Shown here: positions 35,185 through 46,177 of the stretch, in pieces
How positions within the stretch are numbered: position 1 is the first letter of the stretch
Layout of the letters: every line of letters starts with the position of its first letter
From: an uncultured Candidatus Peribacteria bacterium
Lineage (GTDB): Bacteria; Patescibacteriota; Gracilibacteria; BD1-5; JAGOOR01
Direction: 5' to 3'
Assembly: GCA_964521495.1 (NCBI GenBank)
Contig: CAZFTF010000002.1
Span: 23,936 to 87,935 of the forward strand
Length of the DNA stretch: 64,000 nt
Position numbers and translations under genes: made by a program
The notes under the pieces: generated by a model
What the model was told of the DNA's origin: nothing
What the model saw: only the letters and a program-made list of their open reading frames with translations
Database searches by the model: none

Positions 35185-35831
35185 TTTTTTTTGAGACATT
35201 CTTTACATTGACACCATTGTTTGAGAGTTGTCTCACTACACTGGCATTTTCTTGCAGTGCAGACGTATCTTCCAAAGAGAACCATAGCGTGATGCATGGT
35301 TCTTTTTTGTTCATCAGTGAGAATCTTTTCAAGCTTTTTGTCAGTTTCTTGTGGTGTTTTTGTTTTAGCTATTCCCATGCGATTCATCACACGATGAATG
35401 TGTGTATCGACGCCGATATGGGGAGCATCATAAAGATGTGAAAGAACCACTTTGGCTGTTTTAATGCCAACCCCAGGGAGTTTTTGTATCTCCACTAAAT
35501 CATTTGGTATTATGCTGTTATAGTCTGAAAGCAGTTTTTTGGCCGTCTCAAAAATATGTTTCGTTTTTACCCGATAATAATTGAGAGAACGGAGCATCAA
35601 TGCTACCTCTTCTTGATCAATTTCTAGAAGGTCTGAAGGGGTTCTTACCTTTGCAAAAAGCAGTTCAGTTGCCTTATTTACTCATTTATCGGTCATTTGA
35701 GCTGATAACATCACAGCCATCAGGAGCTGAAATGGTGTTTCAAAATCCAGCTCAATCTTTTTATCTGGATAGAGTTTGTAAATACTCTGTAGAATACTAT
35801 CTCGTTCTGATTTTGTACGGAGACGAGACAT
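35181..35831 (-). CDS. nth: Endonuclease III (HhH-GPD DNA glycosylase)
   Basis: Track ORFs 35682..35870 and 35181..35600 are joined through one TGA. Features: HhH LPGVGIKTAKVVL, VDTHIHRVMNRMG, and a Cys-rich C-terminus. The start is set at ATG 35829-35831 (MSRLRTK). Its stop overlaps the tmk stop. Confidence 0.85.
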
Positions 35832-35832
35832 A

Positions 35833-36429
35833 TTATTTTTTTCGAAATATCTTCCACCAGATATATACACCGCACAAAGGGATTATGATATAAGTAAGTT
35901 CATGTCAGTAATTACGTACAATATTAATCATATCTTCTCCAAAGAAGTACCCGAGCCCTACAAGTACACCACACCAGAGAGTTGCTCATATAAACGTGAG
36001 TATAATAAATGGAGTCATTTGCATTTCAAAGATACCGGCTGGTATTGAAATAAGGTGGCGGATTACAGGAATAAACCTACCAACAAAAGTGTAAATATGA
36101 CTGTTTGTGAGGAAAAGATCTTCTGTTCTTTTGTATTTTTTCGGAGTAATCAGGATATATTTCCCATATTTTTCCAGAAATGGTTTTCCGAGCCATCGAC
36201 CTAGAACCCAGTAATTCACGAGTGCTCCCAAAACGGACCCGAGACCACCAATAAATGTTGCTAAAAAGGGATTCATCCCTCAGTTTGCTGCTGCCGAAAT
36301 ACCTGCTGGAATCATCACAAGTTCAGAGGGGACCGGGATAACCGATGACTCCATTGCCATCAAAATAAATATGCCAAAATATCCGAGAGACTCGAGAGAC
36401 TCGAGCAATACCATGGAGAGTTGTTCCAT
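35833..36429 (-). CDS. DedA family membrane protein (second copy)
   Basis: MEQLSMVLLESLESLGYFGIFILMAMESSVIPVPSELVMIPAG...[G]GMNPFLATFIGGLGS...FVGRFIPVIRHLISIPAG. Track ORF 35986..36276 is extended at both ends through TGA. TAA at 35833-35835. Confidence 0.75.
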
Positions 36430-36437
36430 TGGAAGAT

Positions 36438-38009
36438 TTATTTACTGAGTTCCGCTATTTCATTCTCTATCTTTTGCACCTCCTCGTAATCAGCAGTGTA
36501 TGTTTTTTGCCATCTATTCACCATATCATCCACAATAGCTTGTTTTGTCTTTGTACCCAATACGCCTGCATAAGGAGAGGAGAGACTGTCAATGACTTTG
36601 AGATCGAATTGATATTGGGCAAGAGCGTTTTTTGTAAGGGGTCAGAAAATAGCTGTGTCTTTATGATTAAGGTAACCATACTCCTTGAGAAGTTTTTGAA
36701 GTGTGCGAATTTCAGGGTGTACTTGATTGAGTTTAAGTGCAGGAACTTTGGCTATAGTAGACTCAAAAACTTTTCTTTTCTCAGCAGCTATGGTGACACG
36801 TTCTCATTTGATTCTTTCTAACTCTACATTTAGGGCATCAATTTTAGCCTTTTTTTCAAGATAAGACGCATAAGCTTCCTCAAGAGTTGATTGAGTTACA
36901 GGACCATAAAAACCAGCCCCGATATCATCTTCACTGGTTACGATTTGTTTCGCAAGTTGGAACTTGAGTATAGCATCAACAAGTCTCTTATTATAGAGCC
37001 CGTCAATCTCAAATTTGAAATATCCCATTTCTTTGAGCATTTTTTGGAGTTCCCGTATATCAGCACTTTTGGCCCCATCGTAAACATCACCGCTAATTGC
37101 ACTTTCTGTGCTGTCATCAAGGTTTGACGCTGAATCATTGGTATTATTGAGAGAATCATCGGTAGTATTGGATGTTGTTGTAATGCCATTTGATTCTGGC
37201 ACGGTAGTAGTAGTGGTTGTGTCTCATTGGAGGACAGCCCGAAGTCGTGATCGAGTCTTGGGTCAGTACACTCCAGCACCTTCATCACTCCAACTCGATA
37301 CAATTCATTGAGCTTTTTGGAATTTGAAAACAGAATCTCTAAATTCTTGATCATAGGAACCATCCACTTCACCAATCAATGCATTAACTCGTTCCAGAAG
37401 TCGTTGAACTGTTTTGATGTTTTCACTGGTTGTCGCACTTGAAAGAGAAGAGGTAAACGGATCAAAACTGGTCGTCTTTTTAGGGGGCGCTACTGTCGTA
37501 GTTCCCGGATTACTACAGTCACCTGGGATTGTATCGAGATTGGTAGTATCCAATTTGTCCGTATCTCACAGAGTAGCGTAGACTGTTTGAACACCGAAAT
37601 TAATAGCACGGCAAAGACCTTTCTGGCCTGATCCCATATAGATATCGAGTCGAGGAAGTTTGGAAGCTGTATTAATAGCTCCTCCTCGGTCGAGAACAGT
37701 ACCTTGGAAGTTGAAATCATAGGTCTTCCCCTTGATAGTAACACTTTGGTTGATGGCAATGCGAGTATTAAATGGTATATTTTTTGGAGCTGCAATCGCA
37801 CCAATACGTACTTTAGCACCTGACGCGGTCGTTTTACCTTCACCGTTCATACGGATTTCATCTTCATAGTTTCCATGGAGATAGAAATCTTGTCATTCTT
37901 CTGGTGAGTAGTAGGCTGAAACGAGATAGAAACCACCTTCTGCACGAACGATGGGGGTAAATTGTAAACAGATGGCTGCTAATGTAAGAACGGAAAATAA
38001 ACGACGCAT
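36438..38009 (-). CDS. Secreted cell-wall protein: 3D (MltA/RlpA-like) domain plus three PG_binding_1 repeats
   Basis: Track ORFs 37566..37850, 37305..37553 and 36804..37202 plus tails share one frame and are joined through TGA. Signal peptide: MRRLFSVLTLAAICL. 3D-like: ASGAKVRIGAIAAPKNIPFNTRI...LDRGGAI...RLDIYMG. PG-binding repeats: VQRLLERVNALIGEVDGSYDQEFRDSVFKFQ, LQKMLKEMGYFKFEIDGLYNKRLVDAILKFQ and LQKLLKEYGYLNHKDTAIF[G]PLTKNAL. Confidence 0.75.
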
Positions 38010-38123
38010 AGTAAAAAATTAAGTGGATACATTATAGTGTTTTTGATACTTTCACAAGCACTTTTTCTTGACAAAAAATTCCTCAAGAAGTTGCTTTATT
38101 GAAAGGAAAAGTATACTTTGAGT

Positions 38124-38483
38124 ATGGTCACTAACAAACGTACACTAGGAAACATCGGTGAGGAAATGGCAATACCCTACCTGGAAGAAAAGGGCTACGA
38201 AATCATTGAGCGCAACGCGACATTTCTCGGAGGAGAGCTCGATATTATTGCACAGTATGACTGATTGTGGAGATTTGTAGAAGTGAAATATCGAGAAACA
38301 ACTATGTTTGGCATGCCAGAAGATGCTATGACACCCAAAAAAATAAAAACTCTCCTTCGGGCAATAGAATTTTATTGTCTCAAGAAAGATATTGATATTC
38401 TGGAAGTACGTCTCGATTTTCTCGGTATACTCAAGATGCCAGATGGGGTCTATGAGTACAGGTTGATTCAGGATATTAATTAG
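38124..38483 (+). CDS. yraN: YraN/UPF0102 family endonuclease-like protein
   Basis: GNIGEEMAIPYLEEKGYEIIERNATFLGGELDIIAQYD[G]LWRFVEVKYRE, the typical UPF0102 core. One TGA. Confidence 0.75.
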
Positions 38484-38629
38484 GGCATCTGAATGCTCTG
38501 AAATGCAGGTATGCGTAATGAGAAATAAGGAGAAAATCCCTTAATCAATATATTCTCAAAAGTCAAGAATTCTAAAAGAATTTTAAAAAAAGCAACTATA
38601 ATTTCTTTCATTCTTTCTTAATTCGTTTT

Positions 38630-39274
38630 ATGCAACTTTTCCTTGATTCTGCCGATCTCAATCTTATAAAAAAATACCAAGAATATGGTATCGTCGATGG
38701 TATCACGACCAATCCGTCCATTATTGCCAAAGAAGGAGTAAATCTCGAGACTCGTATTCGAGAGATTTGTGAGCTGATTCCTGGTCCTGTCAGCTGTGAA
38801 GTTACCACTCTCACTGCTGATGAAATGATTACTCAGGGACGTGAATATGCGAGCTGGGCTGAAAATATTTATGTGAAACTCCCCATTGTTCCAGAGGGGC
38901 TCAAAGCTCTCAAAGTCCTCGCAACAGAATGAATTCCGACCAATATGACACTCTGTTTTTCTGTTACACAGGCATGGATGGTAGCCAAGCTCGGAGCCAC
39001 TCTTGTGAGTCCTTTTGTTGGACGTTTTGACGATCAAGGATTTGATGGTATTAAGCTCGTAGAAGATATAGTAAGTTGTTATCGACTTCATGGTTACCAG
39101 ACTGCCGTTTTAGCAGCAAGTATACGTTCTGTAGATCACATTCGTCACTCACTTCTTGCGGGGGCTGATATAGTCACTGTGCCTCCCCAAATCATCGAGA
39201 CAATGTTTAGTCATGAGTTAATGACAGAGAAAGGACTGGAGGAATTTATAGAAGATGCTAAAAAATCTTTGTAA
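38630..39274 (+). CDS. tal: Transaldolase (short Fsa/TalC type)
   Basis: MQLFLDSADLNLIKKY...GITTNPSI...VKLP...VSPFVGRFDD. Track ORFs 38630..38932 and 38945..39274 are joined by one TGA. Confidence 0.88.
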
Positions 39275-39275
39275 T

Positions 39276-40112
39276 ATGTCTGTGAATTTTTCTCAAACTT
39301 CTGACGCGCATGAGCTTCAGAAAATGGCTCACCAACTTCGCATTGATGTTCTAGAAATGCTCTCAAAAGCCTGATCCGGACATATCGGAGGCGCCTTTGG
39401 GATGGCAGATATTTTCACGGCACTGTATTTTTCTTTTCTCACTGTTTTCCCGGAGGATCCAAAAAATCCAGATCGTGATTACTGTCTTCTCTCCAATGGT
39501 CATATTTGCCCCGTATGGTATGCGACTCTTGCAAGAAAATGATTTTTCCCTCTGGAAGAACTTGATTCTCTCAGAAGAATAGACTCTCTCTTGCAAGGAC
39601 ATCCAAAAAATTCTATTCCAGGTGTCGAAAACTCATCAGGTCCGCTTGGGAATTGACTTTCTCAGGCAGTCGGTATTGCACTGGCCCTTCAAATGGATTG
39701 AAAGAGAAATAGAGTTGTCTGTTGTATGTCTGATGGTGAACATCAGGAAGGACAGACCTGGGAAGCGATCATGTCAGCGAGCAAGTTTCAGCTTCAGAAT
39801 CTCATAGCAATTATAGATTACAACGGTCTTCAGATTGAGGGGGCTACTGACGAGGTAATGCCCTTGGGTGATCTCGCTCAAAAATATCGAGATTTTGGTT
39901 GGGAAGTTCGTGAGATTGATGGTCATGATTACACCCAAATATTTCCAGCACTTCAATGGGCAGAGAGCTGCGAAAAGTCAGCCATGATTTTGGCTCACAC
40001 AATACTAGGCAAAGGAGTGTCTTTTATGCAAAATAACTGGAAATATCACGATTGGCCAGGAAAAATAGAAGATGTAGAAAAGGCACGCAAGGAATTATCC
40101 ACATTGCTCTAA
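39276..40112 (+). CDS. Transketolase, N-terminal (TPP-binding) subunit only
   Basis: [G]SGHIGGAFGMADIF, LSNGHICPVWYA, GPLGN[G]LSQAVG, CCMSDGEHQEGQTWEA. There are four TGA codons upstream of track ORF 39726..40112. TAA at 40110-40112. No C-terminal subunit gene follows. Confidence 0.85.
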
Positions 40113-40801
40113 TATTGTTCAAAAAATATGTGGTCACTTTCAATACTTTTAGAGGAGAGTATTTCTCGTGCTTCACTTACCATCGCTGGGCTTCCGCAGA
40201 TACTATAGAGATTATTGGTATCTATAAGGTCTGGGTTATTTCTGAGATACTCTGTCACTCTTCATGAGAAATAATCACCTTCCACTCACTGTGATAGACA
40301 GAACTGGTGAGAAAAATGTGGATATTTCTCAGACCATTCTTGGAGGATGTCTTGATAAAAAAGATCTTTTTCCTCACGAACTCCAAAGATGAATCTTATT
40401 GTCGCATTCGGATTGCTTTCCAAAATAGTTTTTGCTTGAAAATAGAGCGGGGCGAATCCGGTGCCTGTTCCGATAAATATTATTTGCTCTTGTGTGATGG
40501 TGGGCAAGATGAATCTTCCCGTTGGTCACCAAACTTGCATCTTATGGCCTATAGATTGTTGACAAATAGCTTTACTTCCGCCTTTCCCATCGGGAATCTC
40601 CTTGATAATAAAATGGAAATTTTCTCATTCATAATCACTAATAGAATAAGAACGACGAAGTTTTGGATTGGTATCATCGGTATCACAGAGCAAAAACTGG
40701 CCTGGTTGGGGTATTATTTCCTCCTCGCTCTTATACACGAGTTCATATACATCGTGAGTGAGTTGCTTTTTTTTAATCAATGTAATAAAAAAAGAGTCCA
40801 T
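40109..40801 (-). CDS. Ferredoxin-NADP reductase-like FAD/NAD(P)-binding oxidoreductase
   Basis: RRSYSIS (the RxYS FAD motif) and IGTGTGFAPL (the NAD(P) motif). Track ORF 40286..40507 is extended at both ends through TGA. ATG at 40799-40801, TAG at 40109-40111, overlapping the tkt stop. Confidence 0.7.
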
Positions 40802-40863
40802 AGGATTCGCAATTGCGATGACTATAGTACTCTTTTTTGTTTTTTTTCAAAATTATCCCCGAT

Positions 40864-42006
40864 TTATTGTACGATGACATCGGAGAGATGCATGATTGGG
40901 GTGAGAATGGCGTATGCAATGAGTCCTACCCCGATAGCCATTACGACAATAATAACTGGTTCAATGATTTTATTAATAGCTGAAACAGCTACATCCACTT
41001 CTTCGTCATAAAAGTCAGCAACTTTGATAATGATGCTGTCAATTTTTGCTGTCTCTTCACCTACCTTGATCATCTGTGTAACCATATCAGGAAATAGAGG
41101 ATCTCATTCGAGAGACTTCCCCATAGTGATACCTCGCATCACATCATCACGGAGGAGCATAATTCGTTGACGGTATACTTCATTACCCATTGCTCATGCT
41201 ATAATTCTGAGTGATTCTACGATAGAGATTCCGCTTCCCATCAAACTGGCTATGAGTCGTGAGAATCGTGCAAGAAGCATTTTTTTTATCAAATTACCCA
41301 CACCAGGGATATGGAGTACAAATCTGTCAGTCATAAAGAGTCCTCATTCGGTCTTTCGCCAGTTTCTCCAGATGAAACCAATCACGAAAGGTGATGCAAT
41401 AAATAGATACCAGTAATTTCCTGTGAAGGTACTGATATTAACTAGTATTTGTGTTGATAGGGGTAATCCTCAAAAATCTGAGAATAATCCAACCAGCGGG
41501 GGTACTACTTTCCACATAACCACAAATAAAACAATAACCATCACTGAGATAATTAAAGCGGGGTATACCAGTGCTCCAATCATTTTTCGTTTCAGAGAGG
41601 AGAGTTTTTCGATTTGAGAAGCGATTTCAAGGAGTGTAATATTGAGTTTACCTGTTTTTTCCCCTGATTCCACCATAGCTATTTCGGAATCTCAGAAACT
41701 TTTTGGAAATTCTTTTAACGTTGCAGAGAGATTTTTACCAGAATGAATATTTTCAATCATCTTGGCTTCCACTTTTTTTACTGCTGGATTTTTTTGTTCA
41801 TCATGAAGTATTTTAATAGATTGCAAGACAGTAAGACCGGCGTTGACCATAGTTGCAAGCAATCGATAAAAAGTCATCTTATCTTTTAGCTTCATTTTTT
41901 TACCAGAAATCAAAATATTATCAAAACTTTCCAACCAGCTTGTACGACGTACGGCTTTTGGTGCATCAAATTTTTCAGAAAGAACAATGATAGTATTATT
42001 GGACAT
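40864..42006 (-). CDS. pilC: Type IV pilus assembly platform protein PilC (GspF family)
   Basis: Track ORFs 41692..42006, 41470..41676 and 40864..41085 plus the translated gaps share one frame (5 TGA, no TAA/TAG). Two GspF repeats are visible (FYRLLATMVNAGLTVLQSI..., FSRLIASLMGSGISIVESL...), with a C-terminal TM segment. Confidence 0.85.
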
Positions 42007-42009
42007 ATT

Positions 42010-43269
42010 TTAGTTATTACGAACGACGCTATAGACTTCATCGAGTGTGGTCATACCTTGTAGGACACGGATGATGCCGTCTTGTTCCATAGATACCATG
42101 CCATCTTTGAGTGCCGCAAGGAATATTTCATTAGAAGTTGCTCCCTGCATAATCATATTCTTGATTCATTGACTGATCTCCATTACTTCGTAGACAGCGA
42201 CTCGTCCAAGGTAAGCATCGTCAGCAAATTCTACCTTTGTCATATCTGGCTCATAGAAAATAGGATTAGCCATAATCTCACGAGAAATACGATTTTGGAT
42301 CTCATCTTTAGGAATAGTTGCGATGACCCCCTGTACTTTTTTTTGCATATATTCATCGAGTTCCGAGAAGGTCTTTTTGATAGCTTTTTCTGGATTGATT
42401 TTTCGCACAAGACGTTGAGAAATAATAGCATTAATCGTCGCGGGAATAAGAAAAGTTTTAATACCGAGGTTAATCAAACGTGTCACAGTTTCAGCAGCGG
42501 AATTGGTATGGATAGTAGAGAGCACGAGGTGACCTGTTAGTGCAGCTTCGAGAGCAATATCTGCCGTCTCACTATCACGGATTTCCCCCACCATCAGGAT
42601 ATCAGGATCTTGACGGAGGGCAGTTCTGAGACCTGAGGCAAATGTGTATCATATATCTGGGAATACCTGGCTCTGATTGATGCCATCTACGACGATTTCC
42701 ACGGGATCTTCGAAAGTCATAATGTTAACATCTGTAGTATTGAGTTTTTTGAGGATTGAATACAGTGTTGTCGATTTACCCGAACCAGTCGGACCCGAGT
42801 TAAGGATAATCCCATTTGGTTGTGCAATGGCCTTAAAAAGAATCTTTTCATTTCTTCCTTCGAGTCCGAGATCGACAAGGTCAGGAACCTTTTTGGTTTT
42901 ATCCACGATACGCATCACTACTTTTTCTCCGTGGACAGTAGGAAGTGTTGAAAGACGCAGATCAAATGTCTTATCGTCAACACTATGTGAGATACGCCCA
43001 TCTTGAGGTTTACGTGTTTCATCCATTTTGAGATTACCGAGGATTTTGTAGCGTGCCACTATCTGTGGGTGGTTGGTGAGTGGATATTCCAAAATAATAC
43101 GCAGTACTCCGTCAACTCGGTACCGTAATCGTACACGCGTTTCTTCTGGTTCCAAGTGAATATCTGATGCGTTCATCTCGATGGCTCACACAATCATAAG
43201 ATCGCAGATACTAGCCGGATCTTCTTCGTTAAAAATTGCTTGTTTGAGTATTTCGAGAGTTTTCTGCAT
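42010..43269 (-). CDS. pilB: Type IV pilus/T2SS-family assembly ATPase (short PilB/GspE-like, 419 aa)
   Basis: ASDIHLEP, Walker [38 protein letters not shown]. Track ORFs 42649..43176 and 42166..42594 are joined through TGA. The start is ATG at 43267-43269 ([13 protein letters not shown]...). The long N-terminal domains and tetracysteine motif of classical PilB are absent. Confidence 0.85.
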
Positions 43270-43276
43270 GGAGATA

Positions 43277-44533
43277 TTAAAGATTATTTTTCTGAGTCTC
43301 CTCTAATTGTGTGAGTTTGTTTTGAATAGAGGATACAGTTGTCATCAAATCAGATCGGCGTTTGACGCGAGAGATAGGCGTGCTACTCTTATCAGTCGCG
43401 ACGATACTTTTATATGTATCTCGTGCTGAATTAAGAAGGGTGATAATATCAGAAATTCTATTTTCATCTGTGCAGCTTATTTTCTTTCGGCAGAGGTCGA
43501 GGAGCTTATTGGCTGAAATAATAAGTTCTCCTGTTTGTGTATCTCAGAGATTTCGTGCAAGGGCCTGGTCCATTCTCATGAGGTGGTCACCGCTGACGCC
43601 ACGAATATAGAAGGTGAGGGTGATAGCTATGCTCCATTCTTGTTCTTCCTGTACTAGAACAGATACATCTTTACCAGTAGGTGATATTGAGAGACTTTGG
43701 ACAATAATAAGTGGATTTTTTAGTTGAGAAAGAGTTTCTTCCATCTGAGAAAGTTTTTTATCAAGTCGCGGGTAGGTGTGCTGAATAGAAAACTGATTAT
43801 TTTGCATTTTTTGCACTTTAATTCCTCAGGTTCTTTCCAGGAAATCTAGCAAATGGATGACATCCTGATTGCTGACTTTATCGAATTTGAGAGGAATATT
43901 ATATGCTCCTATTTCTGATCCGTTTTGATTAAATTGAACACCTTCTATACCGATGGAACCCATAGCATGACCGAGATGATATTCTTGAGCAATATCATGT
44001 TGTATAAAATCAATCAAGCTCTTGAGTGTAATTTTTCCGGTAATATGTTTAGTGTTTTCGGTGCCAAATACCCCAGATACTCCTGAGAAAACAGGAATAA
44101 TTTCTGCAATATCGTCCTGAACTTGGTCGAGATTTTCTTTTGATTGTGCGTCCCATGAGTTCTTGAGCCATGTGATATAATCCTTTTCACTGGTATCTTT
44201 TTTTGTGATTCGTTTTAGAATTTCTAAGTTCTTTTTTTCTTCAGCAGTTCCAATTCCTATCGTGGTTTTAATTCCAGGAACAATATTCATAATGGTTGTA
44301 AATCTGAGTCCATCCACTGCTTCCTCGGCAATTTTTTGGTCTGAGATAATCCCGAGAGTTTTGACATTATCAATGGTTTGGGTTTTTTTCTGATTGTGTT
44401 CTTCGAGTTTGATTCAGAGCTGAGAAAAAGTATCGTATGAAAACCATAAGCCTCCCAGGAGAATAAAGCTCATAATAAACCATCCAATAGTAGCGTTTCT
44501 GAGTTCAACAAGATAATTTTTAGTATTTGTCAT
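43277..44533 (-). CDS. Hypothetical single-TM protein in the pilus operon (418 aa)
   Basis: Track ORFs 43826..44317 and 43544..43816 plus tails share one frame through 3 TGA codons. N-terminal TM IGWFIMSFILLGGLWF is followed by coiled-coil-like segments. The gene ends 7 nt before the pilB ATG. No family recognised (bitopic like PilN/PilO). Confidence 0.5.
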
Positions 44534-44536
44534 ATA

Positions 44537-45454
44537 TTATATTTTTTTAAGAAAGTCTGGCTCATATCGAGCAGGAATATAAGCGATATTGACACTAAAA
44601 GACGTTGAGAGAATATTATTTTTTGTGTCCACTTTGAGATCGAGTGAGTTTGGATAGGTGACGAGGAGTTGATCGGTCTTTTCAAGACTCTCAAGAAACC
44701 TAATAGCCTCGTTTCGTGGTTGGACGGGCGGTATTGATTTTATGCTGCATGAAAAACTGGTTGATAAACCCTGAAATTTGGCATCAGTACATACAACGGT
44801 ATTTTTTCCTTTAACAGTATGCTCTTTGACTGTTGCGGCTACCAATCGGAGTATTTCATTATGTTTTATACGATTTTCTGGGTCGAGAGAGAGAATGGTA
44901 TTGATTTCATCACTTGACTCCAATGTACTTCCGAGAAATTTTTTGATGAGTGTCGTTTCGTAGGCTTCCTTGAGCTTACTTGTTACATATTTTTCTTCCA
45001 TTCCCAGGAGGTGGCTCATGGTATCGGGAGTCAAACAAGTGTTTTCTGTCAAAAGCTTTCTGAGGTCTATATTAAGGTCTTTTCGTGGATTTTTTTCCAA
45101 GAAATCAAGAAATTCTGTACTAGGTTCAATTTTTCGGTTATTACCAGAATTCACCCAATTACAGATGGCGCTCCCCTGGTAAACATACTTGGATTGTTTC
45201 ATAATCCATGAGTTCTGCGTTTGGTTACGAGACCAGCTGTATCCTACAAAACAAAATATCACTCAAAACGCAACAAGTGCAATCATTTTGGCAACAAGTA
45301 TCAATTTTAGAAGCAGAAATTCTATCTTTTTCTCTGTATCAGGGCTGATTTCCTCTTTGTTTTGATATCACTCAGTGCTGAGCTTTTCGTACTCTGATAC
45401 ATCAATTTGTGCATCAGGTTGAGAAGTGGAGGGGGTAAGGTTATTTGTTTCCAT
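44537..45454 (-). CDS. Hypothetical single-TM protein in the pilus operon (305 aa)
   Basis: Track ORF 44537..45262 is extended upstream through two TGA codons to ATG at 45452-45454. It has an acidic N-terminus, then TM LILVAKMIALVAF[G]VIFCFVGY. The stop lies 3 nt before the next gene. Confidence 0.5.
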
Positions 45455-45556
45455 AAAGGTAGTCTATCACATATTTATGGCCTATGCAAAGTTTTTCCCC
45501 ACCTTTTTTCCACTGATACATATTGACACATATTATTATATTGCATAATGCACACT

Positions 45557-45961
45557 ATGCAGTCAGAAACAATTCATTTTTATGCCACCCACCCTCAGCA
45601 CCGTGAGGAAATGTGAGATGCGACCATTTCTTATACAGAGTCAAATCGTATATGTGGCGATGTCGTGACAGTCTATCTCCAAATACAGGAAAAATGGATT
45701 CAAAAATGGTCTTTTTCTGGAGATATTTCCATGATTACTCTGGCTTGCTCTGGACTTTTTGGGGACATGGTGCAATGAATGGATATCGATACTGTGATGA
45801 GATGGAATCAGAAAACCGTGATAGATCAGACAGGAATTGAGGTTTCTCCACGTCGGAAAAGGGCACAAGTACTTCCACTTTTGGCCACAAGAAATGCACT
45901 TCATCTCTATCTAAAAGATAGTCTCAAAGATGATTTTTCTGATATTTTGACAGAAGAATAA
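45557..45961 (+). CDS. IscU/SufU-like (NifU N-terminal fold) protein with degenerate cluster ligands
   Basis: SNRICGDVVTVYLQI...WSFSGDISMITLACSG...VSPRRKRAQVLPLLATRNAL follows the IscU/SufU layout. Only the first (CGD) of the three canonical Cys ligands is present. Two TGA codons. Confidence 0.55.
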
Positions 45962-46019
45962 GAAAAAATTCGAACAATAAAAAACCTCCTCAAGATCGAG
46001 TAGGTTTGATAGATTATTT

Positions 46020-46103
46020 TGGTGGGCCGAGAGGGATTCGAACCCCCGAAGGTAGAACCAGTGGATTTACAGTCCACCCCATTTGACCGCTCTGGTATCG
46101 ACC
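46020..46103 (-). tRNA. tRNA-Tyr (GUA), type II with long variable arm, CCA encoded
   Basis: Reverse complement gggtcgataccagagcggtcaaatggggtggaCTGTAAAtccac...ggttcgaatccctctcggcccacca. There is a 7-bp acceptor stem, and the anticodon loop CUGUAAA gives GUA. Confidence 0.85.
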
Positions 46104-46113
46104 CAAAAATAAA

Positions 46114-46177
46114 TGGAGCCACCAATCGGGATCGAACCGATGACCGAAGAAATGCCTTGAATGGCATTTCGCGTGGC
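46114..46177 (-). pseudogene. tRNA-Thr-derived fragment: exact copy of the T-arm/acceptor/CCA half fused to an 8-bp hairpin, no D-arm
   Basis: Reverse complement gccacgc-gaaatgcc-attcaa-ggcatttc-ttcggtc-atcgg-ttcgatc-ccgat-tggtggc-t-cca. The 3' half is identical to the tRNA-Thr at 46226-46301. The 5' strand pairs at only 5 of 7 positions, and the hairpin loop has 6 nt. Confidence 0.5.

Noticed and set aside
36384-36405. A tandem 9-mer cgagagact x2 (ctcgagagactcgagagactcgag).
   Set aside because: It encodes LESLESL within the N-terminus of the second DedA gene. It is too short and too isolated to call a repeat element.
46146-46177. The hairpin gaaatgcc-AUUCAA-ggcatttc next to a tRNA 3' half might be the tRNA-Gly(UCA) that decodes UGA.
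   Set aside because: The stem is a perfect 8 bp with only a 6-nt loop, so no register gives a 7-nt anticodon loop. There is no D-arm, and the acceptor pairs at only 5 of 7 positions. It is kept as a tRNA-derived fragment, and the real tRNA-Gly(UCA) is presumably elsewhere.
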